A DNA stretch of 64,000 nt from Eledone cirrhosa (lineage: Eukaryota). The notes beneath the pieces were generated by a model. It did not search any database, was not told where the DNA came from, and saw only the letters and a list, made by a program, of their open reading frames with translations. A program made the translations under genes and the position numbers. Below, in pieces: positions 57,056 through 64,000 of this stretch; the stretch's first letter is position 1; each line of letters begins with the position of its first letter. The stretch lies in the NCBI GenBank assembly GCA_964016885.1, contig OZ024750.1, positions 17,856,001 through 17,920,000 of the forward strand. The letters run 5' to 3'.

Positions 57056-60000
57056 TGAGTAAATAAGTATGTGAGAGGGGAGAGTCCAATGGTATATTGG
57101 GTGTACACAGAGAGTAAATAAGTATGTGAGAGGGGAGAGTCCAATGGTATATTGGGTGTACACAGAGAGTAAATAAGTATGTGAGAGGGGAGAGTCCAAT
57201 GGTATATTGGGTGTACACAGAGAGTAAATAAGTATGTGAGAGGGGAGAGTCCAATGGTATATTGGGTGTACACAGAGAGTAAATAAGTATGAGAGGGAAG
57301 AGTCCAATGGTATATTGGGTGTACACAGAGAGTAAATAAGTATGAGAGGGAAGAGTCCAATGGTATATTGGGTGTACACAGAGAGTAAATAAGTATGTGA
57401 GAGGGAAGAGTCCAATGGTATATTGGGTGTACACAGAGAGTAAATAAGTATGAGAGGGAAGAGTCCAATGGTATATTGGGTGTACACAGAGAGTAAATAA
57501 GTATGTGAGAGGGAAGAGTCCAATGGTATATTGGGTGTACACAGAGAGTAAATAAGTATATGAGAGGGAAGAGTCCAATGGTATATTGGGTGGACACAGA
57601 GAGTAAATAAGTATGTGAGAGAGGAGAGTCAAATGGTATATTGGGTGTACACAGAGAGTAAATAAGTATGAGAGGGAAGAGTCCAACGGTATATTGGGTG
57701 TACACAGAGAGTAAATAAGTATGAGAGGGGAGAGTCCAATGGTATATTGGGTGTACACAGAGAGTAAATAAGTATGAGAGGGAAGAGTCCAACGGTATAT
57801 TGGGTGTACACAGAGAGTAAATAAGTATGAGAGGGAAGAGTCCAATGGTATATTGGGTGGACACAGAGAGTAAATAAGTATGAGAGGGAAGAGTCCAACG
57901 GTATATTGGGTGTACACAGAGAGTAAATAAGTATGAGAGGGAAGAGTCCAATGGTATATTGGGTGGACACAGAGAGTAAATAAGTATGAGAGGGAAGAGT
58001 CCAATGGTATATTGGGTGTACACAGAGAGTAAATAAGTATGAGAGGGAAGAGTCCAATGGTATATTGGGTGGACACAGAGAGTAAATAAGTATGAGAGGG
58101 AAGAGTCCAATGGTATATTGGGTGGACACAGAGAGTAAATAAGTATGAGAGGGAAGAGTCCAATGGTATATTGGGTGGACACAGAGAGTAAATAAGTATG
58201 AGAGGGAAGAGTCCAATGGTATATTGGGTGGACACAGAGAGTAAATAAGTATGAGAGGGAAGCGTCCAATGGTATATTGGGTGGACACAGAGAGTAAATA
58301 AGTATGTGAGAGGGAAGAGTTCAATGGTATATTGGGTGTATACAGAGAGTAAATAAGTATGAGAGGGAAGAGTCCAATGGTATATTGGGTGTACACAGAG
58401 AGTAAATAAGTATGAGAGGGAAGAGTCAAATGGTATATTGGGTGTACACAGAGAGTAAATAAGTATGAGAGGGAAGAGTCCAATGGTATATTGGATGTAC
58501 ACAGAGAGTAAATAAGTATGTGAGAGAGGAGAGTCAAATGGTATATTGGGTGTACACAGAGAGTAAATAAGTATGAGAGGGAAGAGTCCAATGGTATATT
58601 GGATGTACACAGAGAGTAAATAAGTATGTGAGAGAGGAGAGTCAAATGGTATATTGGGTGTACACAGAGAGTAAATAAGTATGTGAGAGGGAAGAGTCCA
58701 ATGGTATATTGGATGTACACAGAGAGTAAATAAGTATGTGAGAGAGGAGAGTCAAATGGTATATTGGGTGTACACAGAGAGTAAATAAGTATGAGAGGGA
58801 AGAGTCCAATGGTATATTGGGTGGACACAGAGAGTAAATAAGTATGAGAGGGAAGAGTCCAATGGTATATTGGGTGGACACAGAGAGTAAATAAGTATGA
58901 GAGGGAAGCGTCCAATGGTATATTGGGTGGACACAGAGAGTAAATAAGTATGTGAGAGGGAAGAGTCCAATGGTATATTGGGTGGACACAGAGAGTAAAT
59001 AAGTATGAGAGGGAAGAGTCCAATGGTATATTGGGTGGACACAGAGAGTAAATAAGTATGAGAGGGAAGAGTCCAATGGTATATTGGGTGGACACAGAGG
59101 GGTAAATAAGTATGTGAGAGGGAAGAGTCCAATGGTATATTGGGTGGACACAGAGAGTAAATAAGTATGAGAGGGAAGAGTCCAACGGTATATTGGGTGT
59201 ACACAGAGAGTAAATAAGTATGTGAGAGGGGAGAGTCCAATGGTATATTGGGTGGACACAGAGAGTAAATAAGTATGTGAGAGGGAAGAGTCCAATGGTA
59301 TATTGGGTGGACACAGAGAGTAAATAAGTATGTGAGAGGGAAGAGTCCAACGGTATATTGGGTGGACACAGAGGGGTAAATAAGTATGAGAGGGAAGAGT
59401 CCAATGGTATATTGGGTGGACACAGAGAGTAAATAAGTATGAGAGAGGGAAGAGTCCAATGGTATATTGGGTGGACACAGAGAGTAAATAAGTATGTGAG
59501 AGGGAAGAGTCCAATGGTATATTGGGTGTACACAGAGAGTAAATAAGTATGAGAGGGAAGAGTCCAACGGTATATTGGGTGTACACAGAGAGTAAATAAG
59601 TATGAGAGGGAAGAGTCCAATGGTATATTGGGTGGACACAGAGAGTAAATAAGTATGAGAGGGAAGAGTCCAATGGTATATTGGGTGGACACAGAGAGTA
59701 AATAAGTATGAGAGGGAAGAGTCCAATGGTATATTGGGTGTATACAGAGAGTAAATAAGTATGAGAGGGAAGAGTCCAATGGTATATTGGGTGTACACAG
59801 AGAGTAAATAAGTATGAGAGGGAAGAGTCCAATGGTATATTGGGTGGACACAGAGAGTAAATAAGTATGAGAGGGAAGAGTCCAACGGTATATTGGGTGT
59901 ACACAGAGAGTAAATAAGTATGAGAGGGAAGAGTCCAATGGTATATTGGGTGGACACAGAGAGTAAATAGTATGTGAGAGGGAAGAGTCCAATGGTATAT

Positions 60001-60235
60001 TGGGTGTACACAGAGAGTAAATAAGTATGTGAGAGGGAAGAGTCCAATGGTATATTGGGTGTACACAGAGAGTAAATAAGTATGTGAGAGGGAAGAGTCC
60101 AACGGTATATTGGGTGGACACAGAGAGTAAATAAGTATGAGAGAGGGAAGAGTCCAATGGTATATTGGGTGGACACAGAGAGTAAATAAGTATGTGAGAG
60201 GGAAGAGTCCAATGGTATATTGGGTGTACATAGAC
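57056..60235. repeat. Large minisatellite, 53/55 bp unit, ~59 copies
   Basis: gagtaaataagtat(gt)gagagggaagagtccaatggtatattgggtg(t/g)acacaga. Confidence 0.97.
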
Positions 60236-60496
60236 ATAACCATGGTGTTAAGAATTCCACTTTGTTTATTTCAATCTTTCTTTTAATTTCCTCAATTTCA
60301 ATCTCAGATATCCAACCCCTTATTTCATACACACAGAAGTTGCCCTTCAAACAGATCTCTTCTTGCTATACACTCAACATTTGTTTTCTAAATCCTCTCA
60401 TTGTTAGTTCACTTCTGAGATAGCATTCCATGACAATCTTATTCATTTCTTGTTCCATTTCATTCTTGCATTGTCTGGCTTTATTGCGAGATGATG

Positions 60497-60936
60497 ATCT
60501 GCTGGAGCCAGACCAGGTACTACAGGCTTGCTTGGAGCCAGATTGGGTTTCCAGACCTGCTTGAGTGAGACAGGGTACTTCAGGCCTGCTGGAGCCAGAC
60601 CGGGTACTTCAGACCCGCTGGAGCCAGATTGGGTTTCTAAATCTGCTTGGGTAATACTGGGTACTCCAGGCCTACTGGAGCCAGATTGGGTTTCTAGACC
60701 TGCTTGAGCAAGACTGGGTACTCCAGGCCTGCTGGAGTCAGACTGGTTACTTCAGACCTGCTGGAGCCAGATTGGGTTTCCAGACCTGCTTGAGCAAGAC
60801 TGGGTACTCCAGGCCTGCTGGAGCCAGACTGGGTACTCCAGGCCTGCTGGAGCCAGACAGGGTACTTCAGGCCTGCTGCGGCCAGACTGGGTACTTCAGA
60901 TCTGCTGGAGCCAGACTGGGTACTTCAGGCCTGCTG
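60497..60936. repeat. GC-rich minisatellite, 29 bp unit, ~15 copies
   Basis: gcctgctggagccagactgggtact(c/t)cag. Confidence 0.9.
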
Positions 60937-61434
60937 GGTGTGATACCTTTACCATCAAGGATGTCGGTTCCATCGTTATCTTCTATATTTTGGCATAGGG
61001 TTTATGGCCCTTTAACGTTCTGTGTTTAAACCCCGCCAAGGTTGGCTTTGCCTTTCATCCTTACGGGGGTCGATAAAATAAAGTACCAGTAATATACTGG
61101 GGTCGATTTAATCAACTTTCCCCTCCCCACAACATTGTTGGCCTGGTGCCTAAATCAGAAATCATTCTTCTTCTTCTTCTTCTTCTTCTTCTTCTTCTTC
61201 TTCTTCTTCTTCTTCTATATCTATCTATGTAAATTTTATTTTTTGTTATATTTTATAACAAAATCCTCTATTGAGGATTTTGTTATAATTCTATTTTTTG
61301 TTATATTTTATTTTATTTTTATATATTGTTATTGCCTCCTCCCTATTGAGGACGCCTTGTTTTGTAAACTCCCCCCATTGTACTTGTCCCACTTTTGATG
61401 CCCTTGTGGCAAATAAAAGAAACATATCTATGTA

Positions 61435-61478
<44 letters not shown>

Positions 61479-61873
61479 ATATTCATCATCATCATCATCA
61501 GCGGACGTAAAATGATGATGATGATGATGATGATGACGATATATATATATAGTCATGAAATAAACACGGTAAAAAGGCTCCCAGTCTACACTGTAAACGT
61601 GGTTGGTGTTAGGAAGGGCATCCAGCCGTAGAAAACCTGCCAGATACAGTCCTATACGAGCGAGACACGGTCACCCAACCAACCTTGCCTCAAATGGGGC
61701 AATTCCTGTCTAAACCCATGCTAGCATGGAAAATAGACGTTAAACGATGATGATGATGATGATGATAGCAGGTGATTAAAGACTGCGATAAATGGAACAG
61801 ATCTAGCCAATCCATGTCAGCAATGAAAAATAGATGTAAAATGACATCTATGATGATGATAGATATGACAAGT

Positions 61874-61944
<71 letters not shown>

Positions 61945-62102
61945 AATGATGATGATGATGGTGATGGTGATGATGTTAAATAGATACATCTGGTTTAAAG
62001 CCAGTATCAACTTGCAATAAATATAAATATCACCAATTAAAATATACATCAATTCAGTAACAATTAATAATAAATAAGTTTGCAGAGAGACAGACTAAGT
62101 AG

Positions 62103-64000
62103 ACAGGTGTACAGGTAGGTGTACAGGTAGGTGTACAGGTAGGTGTAGAGGTAGGTGTAGAGGTAGGTGTAGAGGTAGGTGTACAGGTAGGTGTACAGGT
62201 AGGTGTACAGGTAGGTGTACAGGTAGGTGTATAGGTAGGTGTAGAGGTAGGTGTACAGGTAGGTGTAGAGGTAGGTGTATAGGTAGGTGTACAGGTAGGT
62301 GTACAGGTAGGTGTATAGGTAGGTGTATAGGTAGGTGTACAGGTAGGTGTATAGGTAGGTGTATAGGTAGGTGTACAGGTAGGTGTATAGGTAGGTGTAC
62401 AGGTAGGTGTATAGGTAGGTGTATAGGTAGGTGTAGAGGTAGGTGTACAGGTAGGTGTAGAGGTAGGTGTACAGGTAGGTGTAGAGGTAGGTGTACAGGT
62501 AGGTGTAGAGGTAGGTGTACAGGTAGGTGTAGAGGTAGGTGTACAGGTAGGTGTAGAGGTAGGTGTAGAGGTAGGTGTACAGGTAGGTGTATAGGTAGGT
62601 GTACAGGCAGGTGTAGAGGTAGGTGTACAGGTAGGTGTACAGGTAGGTGTAGAGGTAGGTGTACAGGTAGGTGTAGAGGTAGGTGTATAGGTAGGTGTAG
62701 AGGTAGGTGTATAGGTAGGTGTAGAGGTAGGTGTACAGGTAGGTGTAGAGGTAGGTGTACAGGTAGGTGTAGAGGTAGGTGTAGAGGTAGGTGTATAGGT
62801 AGGTGTACAGGTAGGTGTACAGGTAGGTGTAGAGGTAGGTGTACAGGTAGGTGTAGAGGTAGGTGTACAGGTAGGTGTAGAGGTAGGTGTACAGGCAGGT
62901 GTATAGGTAGGTGTACAGGTAGGTGTAGAGGTAGGTGTACAGGTAGGTGTATAGGTAGGTGTACAGGTAGGTGTACAGGTAGGTGTATAGGTAGGTATAG
63001 AGGTAGGTGTATAGGTAGGTGTATAGGTAGGTGTATAGGTAGGTGTACAGGCAGGTGTAGAGGTAGGTGTATAGGTAGGTGTACAGGTAGGTGTATAGGT
63101 AGGTGTAGAGGTAGGTGTACAGGTAGGTGTACAGGTAGGTGTATAGGTAGGTGTAGAGGTAGGTGTAGAGGTAGGTGTATAGGTAGGTGTAGAGGTAGGT
63201 GTACAGGTAGGTGTACAGGTAGGTGTATAGGTAGGTGTAGAGGTAGGTGTAGAGGTAGGTGTATAGGTAGGTGTAGAGGTAGGTGTAGAGGTAGGTGTAT
63301 AGGTAGGTGTAGAGGTAGGTGTAGAGGTAGGTGTACAGGTAGGTGTAGAGGTAGGTGTACAGGTAGGTGTACAGGTAGGTGCAGAGGTAGGTGTAGAGGT
63401 AGGTGTATAGGTAGGTGTAGAGGTAGGTGTAGAGGTAGGTGTAGAGGTAGGTGTAGAGGTAGGTGTAGAGATAGGTGTACAGGTAGGTGTATAGGTAGGT
63501 GTACAGGTAGGTGTAGAGGTAGGTGTAGAGGTAGGTGTAGAGGTAGGTGTAGAGGTAGGTGTACAGGTAGGTGTACAGGTAGGTGTATAGGTAGGTGTAC
63601 AGGTAGGTGTACAGGTAGGTGTACAGGTAGGTGTACAGGTAGGTGTACAGGTAGGTGTAGAGGTAGGTGTAGAGGTAGGTGTACAGGTAGGTGTACAGGT
63701 AGGTGTATAGGTAGGTGTATAGGTAGGTGTAGAGGTAGGTGTACAGGTAGGTGTATAGGTAGGTGTAGAGGTAGGTGTAGAGGTAGGTGTACAGGTAGGT
63801 GTACAGGTAGGTGTACAGGTAGGTGTACAGGTAGGTGCAGAGGTAGGTGTAGAGGTAGGTGTACAGGTAGGTGTACAGGTAGGTGCAGAGGTAGGTGTAT
63901 AGGTAGGTGTATAGGTAGGTGTACAGGTAGGTGTAGAGGTAGGTGTAGAGGTAGGTGTATAGGTAGGTGTAGAGGTAGGTGTAGAGGTAGGTGTAGAGGT
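62103..64000. repeat. 12-bp tandem array AGGTAGGTGTA(C/G/T), >150 copies, runs off window end
   Basis: Seen directly. Confidence 0.97.

Noticed and set aside
57005-60350. ORFs of 172-842 aa
   Set aside because: Translations of a 53/55-bp tandem repeat; open in all three frames, with no domain or codon structure.

Overview
Eukaryotic, AT-rich, microsatellite-saturated animal DNA; the SINE families and repeat style suggest an octopus (coleoid cephalopod) genome. Only one host coding exon is well supported: the first coding exon of a calcipressin/RCAN (regulator of calcineurin) gene on the minus strand (49745-49155). It carries a long Gly/His/Asn/Thr-rich N-terminal extension and ends at the conserved exon boundary. 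Much of the sequence to its left is probably a very large intron, and I could not find the downstream exons. The rest is tRNA-derived SINEs (two families), RTE and Tx1/L1-like LINE fragments, hAT, mariner and Tc1-type MITEs, many minisatellites, a 200-N gap and a ~2.35-kb near-identical duplication next to the gap that is probably an assembly artefact. Nearly all long ORFs in the track are repeat artefacts. The main hidden signal is a dense population (about 20 whole or partial copies) of short elements, usually flanked by (TA)n. They carry minimal type-I hammerhead ribozyme motifs (CUGANGA...GAAA...NUH), are often 5'-truncated and folded back into palindromes, and many share a 3' motif GTATTGAGTAC across otherwise dissimilar families. 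They look like Penelope-like or retrozyme-type non-autonomous retroelements. One hammerhead has an unusual branched stem II. All structures were paired by eye and none has been tested for activity.
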